A stretch of 61,896 nucleotides of DNA, counting the filler, from Bonamia ostreae (Eukaryota), in assembly GCA_040357525.1 (NCBI GenBank). It is 20 parts of 20 records of this genome, joined end to end, with 100 filler letters (N's around TTAATTAATTAA, not from the genome) between each part and the next. Parts side by side here need not be neighbours in the genome. Positions count along the whole stretch, not along the records: positions 49,692 to 52,669 come from JBDODL010000625.1; positions 52,770 to 55,746 come from JBDODL010000626.1; positions 55,847 to 58,823 come from JBDODL010000627.1; positions 58,924 to 61,896 come from JBDODL010000628.1; 16 more parts are not named here. One strand, given 5' to 3'. Position numbers and translations under genes: made by a program. Below are positions 50,693-61,896 of the stretch, in pieces (within the stretch, counting starts at the first letter, position 1; each line of letters starts with the position of its first letter). The notes below the pieces were generated by a model. The model saw only the letters and a list, made by a program, of their open reading frames with translations. It was not told where the DNA came from and searched no databases.

Positions 50693-51259
50693 TTTGGAAA
50701 TTATTAAGATTTTGTTATATATTTGATTTATAATAGGCTTTAATATGTTAGACGAATTTAATAAAAAAATTTACAAGTGCAATTGAAATTTTTTAAATAA
50801 ATTTAATTGCAAAGTTTGGCAATTTGCAGATTTAGAAAAAATAAAATTATCAAACTTAGTTCCTTTTAAAATTTTTATTGTAAAATAGGAAATAAATCAA
50901 AAATTCGTAAAATTGCATATAATAAAAAATCTCACTTACGACAAACCAAAATTCCGAAAAAAAATGAAAATGAAATATACATTTTTAATGTTAGTTCAAA
51001 TGCCTTTACTTCTTTTCAGTCAAATTGATCGTCTAGAAGATATTAACGAAAAAAGATTGTTTTCAACTAAATGTTTCAATAATTAGCGCAAATATATTTA
51101 TTGTACAAATTGACCAATTTTTATAAATCAATTTTCATACTTATTGTACTTCCAAAGTAAAAAAATTTTATGCCAAAAATCAGTTTCAAAGATCAGCATT
51201 TGTAAAAAATTTTAAACATTGCCAAAAACAAACATTTGTAAAACAACAATTTATAAAAA

Positions 51260-52549
51260 GACTGCACAAAAGCCCAATTAAACGCGATATTCAAAACGGC
51301 AAAAATAAATTCTGTAGACAACCTTTGCCCAACAACCAACCCCATAGATTCTTCTTGTTACATCTACTGCACTGAAGAATTCACAGTTCTTAATCTTCCC
51401 GTTCCAAACCCTTACGCGCCCGTCACTTGCAAAGAAGACGGCTGGCGATACTATCAGATAACGCAGCAAAAGTACATCGAAATAGACAAAAACAAAAGAA
51501 TGTTCACTTGCCGAAGTTTTCTATGTCTTAATCAAATCAGCCGTCACCGTCGCCGACAACTATTGTCCTCTCAACTTGGATAAAAAAGTTTTGGCGGCCA
51601 AATTCCCTTTCACGGGTTTAGGTCCCGACTTCGACTTCGTAGTCGAGTGCGTGAAAGACTTGACGAAAAAGATGGTCGTCATTTGCGACAACAAGAATTC
51701 CCTTCTAGTGAAGACCTCAAAAGTCAAATTCAACTCGACTTGTTCTAGGTCTTTTTGTAAAGAAGACTGTGTTTTGGAAAACCTCTTGAGATTGCTCTCG
51801 AAAAACGAGAGTTGCAGCTGCACGAAACCTCTTCACAATTTCGGGACGACGTGTTCGATTTGGTGCAACACAAACAGACAGATCTTCGATCTGGATCTTC
51901 CCGTCGTCACACAAATCGCCACCTGCAGAGGCGTCTGGAATGTCTACAGAAACGCCAACTATGTGGCGGTGACGAGTAAAAACCTCGGCCGATGTGTTGG
52001 TTTGTAGAAACTATCAACAAAGATGTGATAAGCAAACACGAAGTCTGTTCAGTCGCTGAAATCGACCATGATATAGTTCGTTTGAGCATTTTGGCGTGGG
52101 GTTTCACGTCGTCTGAAGCACCGACATCGGTTTGCGTTACTTCAGCAAATACGGATATCCCGATGGAATGCAGGAAAGATGTCATCTTCGTGCGCTCGAC
52201 GAGATTAAAGTACTTGGACGTTTATAGACGGAGATGCAAATGTTTGTAAAGTATAAAAATAGCGCCATGTTTGACGGCTAATTTGACGAGCGCGATTATG
52301 GACAGAAATTTGTTTTCGTTGTGTAGAGATAACCAGTACCCGTTTGGAGGAAAATGCGTGGCGAGGTGCTTTTTTGGAACTTTGTTAGATAGTGATTTGC
52401 GGTCGACAGAAGCTGAATTGATTTGTAACGGAGAATGGGATTATCTTTTTTCCAAAGTCTTGGGGACCTTAAAACCGGTAACAGACCCGAGATTTAGATG
52501 CAGTCGTTTTTTATTTCTACTGATTTGTAAAGAGAGAAAAAACGAATAA
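51260..52549 (+). CDS. Cys-rich repeat protein (sushi/CCP-like modules), probably extracellular
   Basis: Recurrent C..C.I.C....TC...W modules: SSCYIYC..VTC..GW, GTTCSIWC..ATCRGVW, GGKCVARC..LICNGEW. Short introns separate modules. Confidence 0.55.
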
Positions 52550-52859
52550 TGGTAATTTTATAAAATGTAATTTAAAAATGTAAAAAGGCAAATTTAAAAA
52601 ATTTGTTAAATTGATAATATCAAAATTATAAAAATTGTAAAAATTGAAAAAATTTAAAGCGACAAAATTNNNNNNNNNNNNNNNNNNNNNNNNNNNNNNN
52701 NNNNNNNNNNNNNTTAATTAATTAANNNNNNNNNNNNNNNNNNNNNNNNNNNNNNNNNNNNNNNNNNNNAAAGTAAAATTTTAAATTTCCAGTGTGTAAA
52801 GGAAATTCTAAAATTAACAAAAACAACAAATTCTCATTCCAAATGATAAATATGTTATT

Positions 52860-53361
52860 TGCGAAAGTAATTAAGAACAAAAATTTTGTTTTTGAAAACC
52901 CAACTTGAGCTCCATTCAGTCCAGCTACACGCAAACGGACTCCAACTGACCAGAATTAGACCGTCGACTTTCTTACGAGTATCCGGGTTTGAAGCGTATC
53001 TAGATAGCAGATAAGCTCCAAACCCTACGCCAAATCCGTAAAAGCTCTTGATATTCAACTCTATCCTAACGGTTTCTAAAGCCAGAGAGAGTCCGCCGGC
53101 GGTCAAAATATTTGTCGAAGGCAAATCGTCCTCTTCGAAGCGTTGGCCGGGGAGATCGACTAACAATAAGCGAAAGAGCTTGAAAATGGGATTCAGTTTT
53201 TTCCCTCCGATCGCCGAAAAACAAGATCGATCTAAAAATTAATATATTCAACTGTTAAGTCCGACGTCGGCTAAAAACATCATGGCGGGCTTGTCTTCAG
53301 ATCCGATTTCCGTGATCTTGAAGAGCCCCATTTCTGTTCGGACGGAAACTTCCTTGTTCAT
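52860..53361 (-). CDS. NDRG/Ndr alpha-beta hydrolase-like protein (3' truncated)
   Basis: KPAMMFLADVGLN|NRSCF, VDLPGQ, GFGVGFGAYLLSRYA, VDGLILVS..SWTEW; 21-nt intron at 53232-53252. Confidence 0.85.
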
Positions 53362-53380
53362 AAAATTTAGCTTTTTAGTT

Positions 53381-55555
53381 TTGGAGGACGGTATTAATAC
53401 TGTACTAGTTAAGCGGCGCTCACACGACATTAACGAAAATGCCGTCAACTCAGATAAAAAACAAAAGCCGAGCGAAAGTCCGAAATGGAATGAGTTTGCC
53501 GACAAATATCAGAAAAAATGCAATTTGGGTCCAAAGAAAGATAAAAAGGAAAACACTAAAAAGCTGCGTCTGCGACTTTATTTAGACAACGACGAAACGC
53601 TCGTCTCTGCGAAAATGGCCGAAATAATCCCTTCCGACATACGCGAAAAAAACTGGGAAAACAACGTTTGCGATTACAAAGCCAAATCTTCCTCAAAAAC
53701 AGCTGTGAAGCTGTATCTAAAAATCCGTGATGGAGTTTTGGAAGGGCTTAAACGGCTTCACAAACTTTTCGATATCGTCATATCGTCCACTGGCGAGAAG
53801 CGCTACATTTCGGAAGTTGTGAATATATTAGACCGCGACAAGTGCAATTTTCATTTTTTGGATTTGTTCGATTGGGCAAATTTTGATTATTTAGAAAATT
53901 TGCAAATTCTAAATTGAAATTATTGAACATGTCAAAATAAAAAAATTTTGCGATTTTCCCAAAAAAACAAAATAAAAATGAAAAAATTTTAAGCCTAAAA
54001 TAAATTTATGAAAAAAATTTAAGCCGAAAAATAAAAAATGAAAAATTTTTAAATGTAAATTAAAAATGAAAAAAAATTTAGCCTAAAAATTAGCTGAAAA
54101 ATAATCAAAAGAAAAAAATAAATGAAAAATGAAAAAATTTTAAGCCGAAAAAAATTTTAAATTAAAAAATTTATCCGAAATAAATTAAAAATGAAAAAAA
54201 TTTATCCGAAAAAAAAATTAAAAATGAAAAAATTTATCCGAAAAAATAATAACAAAATAACAAAAATGAAAAAAGATCGCTGAACATAGAAATTGTGGCT
54301 GGTGACCAGAACTCCCCGTCTTCAAACAAATCAGTTCACCGATCTGGAAAGGTAGATGAAAAACATTGTCTCGTTTTGGACAATCTTCTGCTTTGGGACG
54401 AACAACATATTTTGGTCGAATCCCCAAAATTCGATTTTTGGGACCACGCTTCTCTGTTCGCAGCGAAAAAAAGCGACAACTTTTTCCCTGTTTTCGAATC
54501 TGTCGCTGTCGCTGTTTACCAATTAATCGACCAAGACATCGTTTCTTCTACCGAAGAAGCCTTGAAAGCGATTAAAAAATCTGTTTTTGCGGGTAAATCC
54601 ATTTTATCACAACATCAATTTTGCAAAACAAAATCTGGAAAATAATTTAGGAAAAACATTTCGATTTTTGGGCGTTCCGACGAAAAAACAAATTATAACG
54701 ATCGAATCTTTGGGCGGACGCGTTTCAGAATCGCCGCTTTGGAAAAACGACTTCAACGTTTTGGCTGACAAATTTGAAATGAAAGACATTGTGATGCAAA
54801 GTTCAGATTTTCTCCCAAACGACGCGCCGTGCGTTCAATGGAACTACGTGCGCACCAGTTTACTTCAGTTATGGCCTGCAAAACCCGAAAGCTTTACATT
54901 GATGTCATTGAAATTTTTCGCTGGAGACGAATTTTCTTTGTTCGATGCTTTTCCGGTTACTGCGGAAAAGAGAGTTTTGCGAGCCAAAAACTGTCTTTTG
55001 AAAGGTTCTCCCGAACCAGAAGCCGCCCCAACAACCAAAATTTTGTCAACGCCCAAAACGGCTAGAAACGAGCTTTTGAATTGGTATTCGTCAAAATTTG
55101 ATGGCAATGTTCATCTTTTTGCAATTTAAATTTTAATTAAAAACAGATTTTCGAAATAAAAGAATCACAACTAAAAGCTTTAAACAAAGCGGAAAACAAA
55201 AAACTGCTTTCGCTGTATAAAGACAATATCAAAGCGCTAACTTTTTTGTTGAAAAACGGATTCGACCCGAATACGATAACCGAAGAAAAGGTTTTTGTTG
55301 AAAAATTAGAACGAACCTCTCTTCTTTAAAGCGTTGCGGAGCAAAGATCCAGGGATCAACAGCGCATTAGAAACAGCCTTAAATGGCATAAACCTTTCGA
55401 TGCGAAGCGAAGTTTGTTTATTAAAAGTGAAAGGACGGAAGAAGCATTTTGGCGATCGCTTTGATGGAGAAAGCAGACGAAACATTCGCAGAAAAGCTCT
55501 TAAATTTGCCGGATGCGAAAGCGTTTTTATCGGGAGAAGAGTTGGTCGTAATTGA
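53381..55555 (+). CDS. FCP1-like CTD phosphatase (HAD DxDxT) with BRCT-like region
   Basis: KLRLRLYLDNDETLV, YLKIRDGV.EGL..L.KLFDI.IS.TGE.RY..EVV.ILD, later IESLGGRV and CVQWNYV. Start uncertain. Confidence 0.75.
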
Positions 55556-55846
55556 GGGCAAACGGATGTCATTGATAAATTTCCATTTGATATTTAATCG
55601 GAATAGAATGGATCGAAACCGGTTTCAAAAATTGTTGACGGTTTTTTTGAAAATGAGATTAAAATGTTATTTGTTAAAGTAGAAAAATAGAAAATATTTA
55701 AATTTAAAATTAAATACAGAACAAAGTTAATGATTGAGAATTAATGNNNNNNNNNNNNNNNNNNNNNNNNNNNNNNNNNNNNNNNNNNNNTTAATTAATT
55801 AANNNNNNNNNNNNNNNNNNNNNNNNNNNNNNNNNNNNNNNNNNNN

Positions 55847-58823
55847 TCCAGGCCCATCATGCCAAAGATATTTTTGTCCAGCATAAAAGTATTCTTTTCC
55901 CTCTAACTTCTTAATATCATGGGAAAAGAATTTGGACCCTTCAGGACCTTCAAACATTGAGTTGCTTGAAAGTTCTTGAAGTACTAAACTGAAAGGGAAA
56001 AAATTTGATCAAACAATTTAGAGGCCTTAGAGATTCGACCAAACACTTAAATTGTGTGTACATGTCGGACCCATATATTTTTTTTTTACAAAGATATAAA
56101 TTCAGAGGGCAACACAATAAATCCAGATCTTCCAAGAACATGAACATACTTGCATGTTATGTCTTAGAACAACCAGCTGGTCATGTAAGTGCAATCTTCC
56201 TATCAGCTGTTTCAGGGATATTTTTTAAACAACATACATGCATCACTGACTATTGTGAAGGAAGGAGACAAGACATGAATTTTTTATTAGAATTTGAAAA
56301 AACAACAACCAATCTTTACAAAAGAACAAAAAATGAAAACCTGAAAAACCCAGATTGCATTAAAACTTTGTAGGTGCTTTCTTCATTACAGCAAGTCTTG
56401 CTAAGTTAGGGACCAGGGGAAAATATATGACCACACAGACATGGTGATTCTAACAAACATCATTTTGGCGAAATATCGTTACCTGAAGAATTCTCTGGTT
56501 GGACCACCATGATCAAGACCCATTTCTCCACTGAATTTGATGTAAATCTTTGATCTCTTGTTGAATGGTCTTTGAAGAGCTCTGAAAGCACTCTTCAAAA
56601 CATATTCACGGGATATTATCATCTCTTGCTTTATGGAAGCATCAATTGTTTCCTGGAACTGATGTATAATGTCCTGGACATCTGCTTCTGTTTGATTTCT
56701 GCAAATACCACAACATCATGACATACTATTGCAGTTGACAGTATATATAATACCATGTCCTTTTTCAAAGGGAGATAATGAAAAAATAGGTTGGGTGTCC
56801 TAAACAATCTTCTCAAAAACCACTTGGCCAAAAACAAAGTGACTTAGGTGAAAGGTCCCTAACATTGTGTAGATTTTATTGTGTATGACTCAGTCCCTCT
56901 GTCATTTCTTAAAAATTCATTTATATTGTTTAGAGCAATGTAAAACATACTTAGCAGGAATGAGGTATTTCAGTGCTTCCTCTAGTTCTCTTTGTAAATC
57001 TTCATCCTCGCTATCAAAGGCTTCAATGCTCTCCTGCAGTAGGTTATCACCTAGGCTATTAAATAAATAAGAAATAATAAGTAGCAGTATTTTTCACAAA
57101 AATAAAATAAACGATTATGATCCTAAGACAGCATCATTAGAAAAAGTATTATATTTATATGAAATAGCTAAATTATGAAACTCGATCACTTGTCAAGGCT
57201 TAAATATTTTTCAAGCCTAACAACATTTGCTAAGTGTATACATATGTATTATTTATCTCAGAGAAAATATACAGTATTTCTAATTGGTTAATTTCTAATT
57301 TAAATTGATATAAAATTAAAGAGGCATGAACACTTGTGCATTTTCATTTTCTTTACAGTTTTGAATTTCTATACTTAAAGATTAACTTTGGTTAAATAAT
57401 TTGAACATACATAAAAAAAATTAAATATGTACAGTTGAGCCCCATTAATCTGCATGCTTATGTTTCCAAGAAAATAGTCCAGATTAATGAAACATAATTT
57501 CTTTAATTAGTAAATATAAAAATAAATTTTGTAACCCACACATTTGCGTTGAATCATTAAAATCTTATGAATGCACAAAACTGATATTTTTGCTGAGACT
57601 ACTAGGCATTGGCATTTTCACCAAAAGTTTTACATAAATTTCTTTTCTATTTTCCATGTAAAATACGGATCCCCTTTAAAGTCTCCATCCTATCCTTTCG
57701 GACCATGACATTTGTCGCTGAGCTGGCCTCTTAAATATGAAATAAGGTGAAATACTGATATGAAATTAGAATTTACATGTATTGTACTGTTAGCCCTGCT
57801 TTAAAATGTTTTGAGAAATTAAATTACCTGCAATGTGTTTGCAATAAATTGTCTGCATCTCAGAGCAGCTCGTCTTCTTTCAACTCTCTGAATAACTGAA
57901 ATAAAAAAAATTTAGTACTACATTAAATTGGAGGGGTCTGAACAATTTTTTAAAATATGTTTTCAGAAGAAAGCTACAATATTGCATGTTTACAAGGCAA
58001 ATTTACTGAAAACTATCAATCCTAAAAAGATTTATCTGGTTTCTTTTTTTTTTAATGAACTTCAAATTGACAGTGTCAGTCCATTAGAAAGTAATTGATT
58101 GGACATGACTTTCAATGCTTTAGCATTGTGACCTGAACCTTATCAAGAAGACCTTGGTTCAAGATTATGAGCTACTCTCAGCTTCAGTGACCTTTGTTTG
58201 AAGTATTAACATCAAATAATTAATATTCACCAATATTCACATGAACTGGAAAAATATTATTATATACTTTTCAGAGGAATATTAGTAGCACATATTTATA
58301 TATCCAAGCATATTTTCTTTAATTTTGGGATAAATGACTATTAGAAAAATTATCACATCGGGAATTAGGCCCTTGAACAGCCTCGATTATAGACACTCAA
58401 GAGCCCTGACTACAAACTTCATTTGCAGCAGGTACATGTATAATTATTTATATTAACATGCAAGTATGTGCAAACTAGAATTATGAAATATAAAAATATT
58501 TAAATCCCTCTCTTGTTTACAAGATATATAGAAGATACTTCACCTGGCATATCATACGGGTCTTCTGAATTTTGATCAGATCTACTAGTGCCTGGAGCAT
58601 TGATATCCATGCTTCCACTAGTGCCTGGAACATTGGTAGCAGTGCTTCTACTAGTGCCTGGACCATTGGTATCCATGCTTCCACTAGTGCCTGGACCATT
58701 GGTAGCCATGCTTCCACTAGTGCCTGGAACATTGGTAGCAGTGCTTCTACTAGTGCCTGGAGTATTGGTATCCATGCTTCCACTAGTGCCTGGAACATTG
58801 GTAGCAGTGCTTCTACTAGTGCC
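55847..58823 (-). other. Probable host (metazoan) contig with a G2E3-like HECT gene and long introns
   Basis: Exon at about 56483-56698 reads REYVLKSAFRAL..IKFSGEMGLDHGGPTREFFR; the next reads FEGPEGSKFFSHD..YFYAG..HDGPG. Introns are hundreds of bp. Confidence 0.75.
58575..58823 (-). repeat. 33-bp coding tandem repeat (PGTS(R/G)S(T/M)(A/D)TN(V/G))
   Basis: CTAGTGCCTGGA recurs every 33 bp. Confidence 0.9.
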
Positions 58824-58988
58824 NNNNNNNNNNNNNNNNNNNNNNNNNNNNNNNNNNNNNNNNNNNNTTAATTAATTAANNNNNNNNNNNNNNNNNNNNN
58901 NNNNNNNNNNNNNNNNNNNNNNNAACGGAAAAGATATTTTTATGTTTTTCTAACAAATTTTGATTGTTTTCTGTTAACTCTCTAATTT

Positions 58989-59978
58989 TCACTTTTTGCT
59001 TATTTTTTTTATCGAAAAATCGCCCAAAACGTCAAATTTTTGACAAAAATCGCAAAATTTTGCCAAAATCTTCCTCATTTTTTCCTGTTTATCTGCCATT
59101 TCACGTATTACCAATTTGAACTCGAAAATCATTTTCGATATTATATTTTTAAATCTATTCGATATAACAGATTTGAATGTCCAAATCCACAGCTTACTTA
59201 GAACTCGTCTTCGAATGCAACGCAGACGATGTAAAATTAACATTAAAAAACAGGTTTTCAAGGCGATCTCTACAGAAGAAATATTGCGAAGCTTTGTTGG
59301 TTTCGGGTGCTCTGTGGATTTTAAAAATGGCGGAAAATTTTCTTTGTACGATGGTTCTGTGACGGGCACATTTTTGTCGATCGTTTTATTAGTCCAAAAT
59401 TTTCTAAGAAAAAAAATAAGCAAATAGTCCAAAAATGGCGAATCAGCAGCTGGCCGGAAAAAAAGTCCTCGACCGCAAAAATTACTTTTGACGGCGATAG
59501 CGACGGAGTGTGCACGGTAACAGTGGAGCATTCTGATTTACCAACTGACTTTTCTCCAGACATGGCTAAGTCTTGGTGGGAAAATCAGATGTTTAAGCCG
59601 ATGTCGATGGCGTGTGGATTTAGGTTCGGCGAGGACTAAAATTGATATAACAATAGGAACAACATTACGCTTTTGTGTAAAATTTGTACATAACGCAACA
59701 AATATTTTATCTGTTCGCTTTTGCATTCTTCATTTTTCGATTCGGAATTTGTCATCTTCCGACCGACCGTCCGTAATTTATTGTTTAATCGTCTGGCACA
59801 GACTTCAAGACCGAAGTTTATAGGGCAATCTCAGTCAAATTTGAGTTCGGATAAAACTACTTCTCCCGTTTTTCTTGACAGTTTGGAAACGACAGCACGG
59901 AGATTCTTCGAACGTGCGCACGCACGAATGCGTAATTTTGTAAAATGGCGTCGATATTGATTTTGAAATGGCTTCCAT
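58989..59978 (-). CDS. Hypothetical multi-exon protein
   Basis: Higher-GC coding-like segments on the minus strand; exon structure unresolved. Confidence 0.35.
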
Positions 59979-60292
59979 TTTATTGTAACTATTGGAAATT
60001 TTTTTACATTGAAGCGACTATTTTTTGTTTCTGTTTGGTACGACCGGTTATTTTTTAAATGAAAGCTATTTTAAGCAAAAATTTTGCTGTTTTTATAAGT
60101 TCAACAATATTTTTTACAATGACGATTTTACTCTTTTGTTAACGTTTAAGGGGACTAATAATCTTTTTGGCGTTGGCCATTTTTTGTTTTGTTTTGAATT
60201 TAAAATTCTTTAAAGAAAAACGAATTTAAAGATTCTGATTAACCATTTTTTATATATCGAAAAGCCTAATTTAACAAAAGCTCAGATTTTAA

Positions 60293-61896
60293 ATGGCGAC
60301 AAAGAATTTGACTGTTTTTCTAAATTATAAAAACTCCACTGTAAAATGTTTAATAACCAAATCGCTCAAATCGGAAATTCAATTTCTTCAAACGCAGTTT
60401 CCGGGACGAATTTTCCCCGCCAACACGATTCTCATAAACAAAAGAACAAAACTCGCTGTTTCGAACTTGAACGACATCTCGGTTCTTTCGGGAGACGTCA
60501 TTTCCGTCAAAATACCACGCACTCAATCTCGCCCGGTACCTTTAGAGAACGTCTTGCATCTTAAAACCGTCAAAAAAGACGCAAATCTAATAAAACTAAA
60601 AAAATTTTTCAAACTCGACGAAAAAACGTTCGCCGAAAACTTTATTTTCGATGAAAAATTTGGCAAAGATGGAATCGAAATTAGCTGTTTTCTGGAATTG
60701 CCCGATAACATTTCAATAGAAAACGTCTTGTCAAAAAACAACAAAGTTTTCGAGGACAAAGTGATCGCAGTCGAGCGATTGAGCGACAAAACTCGAGATC
60801 GCTACAACAATTTGAAAAGAAAAATGAAAGTCGTTTATGTCAAAAACTGTCCTGACGACACTGTCGCTGCCGATCTGCGAATTTTCTTTCCCGATATCGC
60901 AATCTGTTCAAATTTTTAGGATTTTTACCAATTTAATTTTTTGGGCAATTTTGACCAAAACTCTTTTTCAGACGCAGCGCACATTTTATCAAGCGGAGTA
61001 GCCTTTCTGGAAACAACCGAAAGCCAAATCGAGTTAAAATTTTTCATTAAAGTTCGCTTCTACACTACAACAATAAACCGAATTTGTTGGCCGGGCACAA
61101 ACTAGAACTGAGAGAAAGCAACTACGAGAATCTTTGCGAAGCGCTGCGAAAAAGCAATTTCGAGGCCGAAGAGAAAAAACGACAAGATCACTTAAACCAG
61201 AAACGGAAAAAAAGCGATTCGGTGACTGAAGAGTACTCTCTAGCAAAAAGACCAACAGATTTTGACAAAACCGGCAACAAACAAAATTTGGTTAAAAACG
61301 AAAATCTGTCGAGTTCTACCACAAAAAAGGCAAAATATATCAACGAAGATTTCAAGTGTGCCAAAATGACCAACATTCCAAGCGGTTGTTCAGAACTGGA
61401 CGTTGCGCGATTTTTCGATGGTTCAATTCAAATTTTAAAAAGATGCGAAAATTCAGCCGATTTCGTTGCACTTGAAAAAAGACGGATCGGCTGTTTACTG
61501 CGAATTTGAAACGATAAGAGAATGCGATAAAGCGATCGAATTGAACACGGTTCGCTCAATTTATAAAAATAAAATTTTAAAGAAAGAAATGAACGGAACG
61601 AAAGTTTCGATTTTCAGAGTAAAATATTCGGAAATAAGATTGTTAGAAAATTCGAAAGTTGTGGATGATCACAATGAAAAAACTAGAGACTTTCCAACAA
61701 ATTTGGTTTGCCGATTTTTGAGATTTTGGAATAAAAATTAAAAAAATTTTAAAGACGCAGAAAAATTTGTTTAAAACAAACGAAGCGGATTTTAATATTG
61801 CAGAGGAAATTGGTCAAATTAATAACGGAATGAGCCAAAATAATAACGAAAATAGTCAAAATTTTCTGTATAGTAAAAATCAAGTTTTGTAATTGT
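60293..61896 (+). CDS. Multi-RRM RNA-binding protein (3' truncated)
   Basis: KVVYVKNCPDDT..DLRIFF, CAKMTNIPSGCSELDVARFF, AVYCEFETIRECDKAIELN. Confidence 0.7.

Noticed and set aside
58575-58823. 33-bp repeats (and the 36-bp repeats at 9135-9273) as possible CRISPR arrays
   Set aside because: They are head-to-tail tandem units with no unique spacers, are in frame for coding, sit in a eukaryotic context and have no cas genes.
123-61896. Alternative genetic code (stop reassignment) as the cause of fragmented ORFs
   Set aside because: In the conserved genes I spliced by hand, in-frame stops fall inside removable introns, and TAA, TAG and TGA all terminate genes (e.g. TK1 TAA, H2A TAG, HECT TGA).

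Overview
This is not a contiguous locus. It is 20 unrelated contigs of about 3.0 kb, ordered by decreasing length (about 3029 to 2973 bp) and joined by artificial N44-TTAATTAATTAA-N44 linkers, so adjacency across linkers has no meaning. Seventeen contigs come from an AT-rich, very gene-dense unicellular eukaryote with many ultra-short (19-25 nt) GT-AG introns, repeat-expanded long introns and 55-230 bp divergent promoters. Recognisable genes: DPH6, snurportin-1, RRP8, a CCT-motif protein, mitochondrial L12/L21/L23, CLP1, TK1, RAD51C-like, WDR12, H2A, PAM16, GluRS, SBP2-like, BRF1, tRNA-Phe, ZFTRAF1-like, VAMP, NAA25-like, SMC4, a HECT E3, LIG4, ORC5, a DOCK GEF, DHPS, PFKFB, NDRG-like, FCP1-like and an RRM protein. 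Three contigs (28035-31036, 40433-43425, 55847-58823) look like metazoan, probably bivalve, host DNA. By inference only, the source is an oyster parasite of the Ascetosporea (Bonamia-like). The main findings are a U12-type AT-AC intron in CLP1 among the tiny U2 introns, a recurrent GCTAA(A)TT start-proximal motif, a divergent SECIS-binding protein 2, and a tRNA-derived SINE-like insertion in an SMC4 intron.
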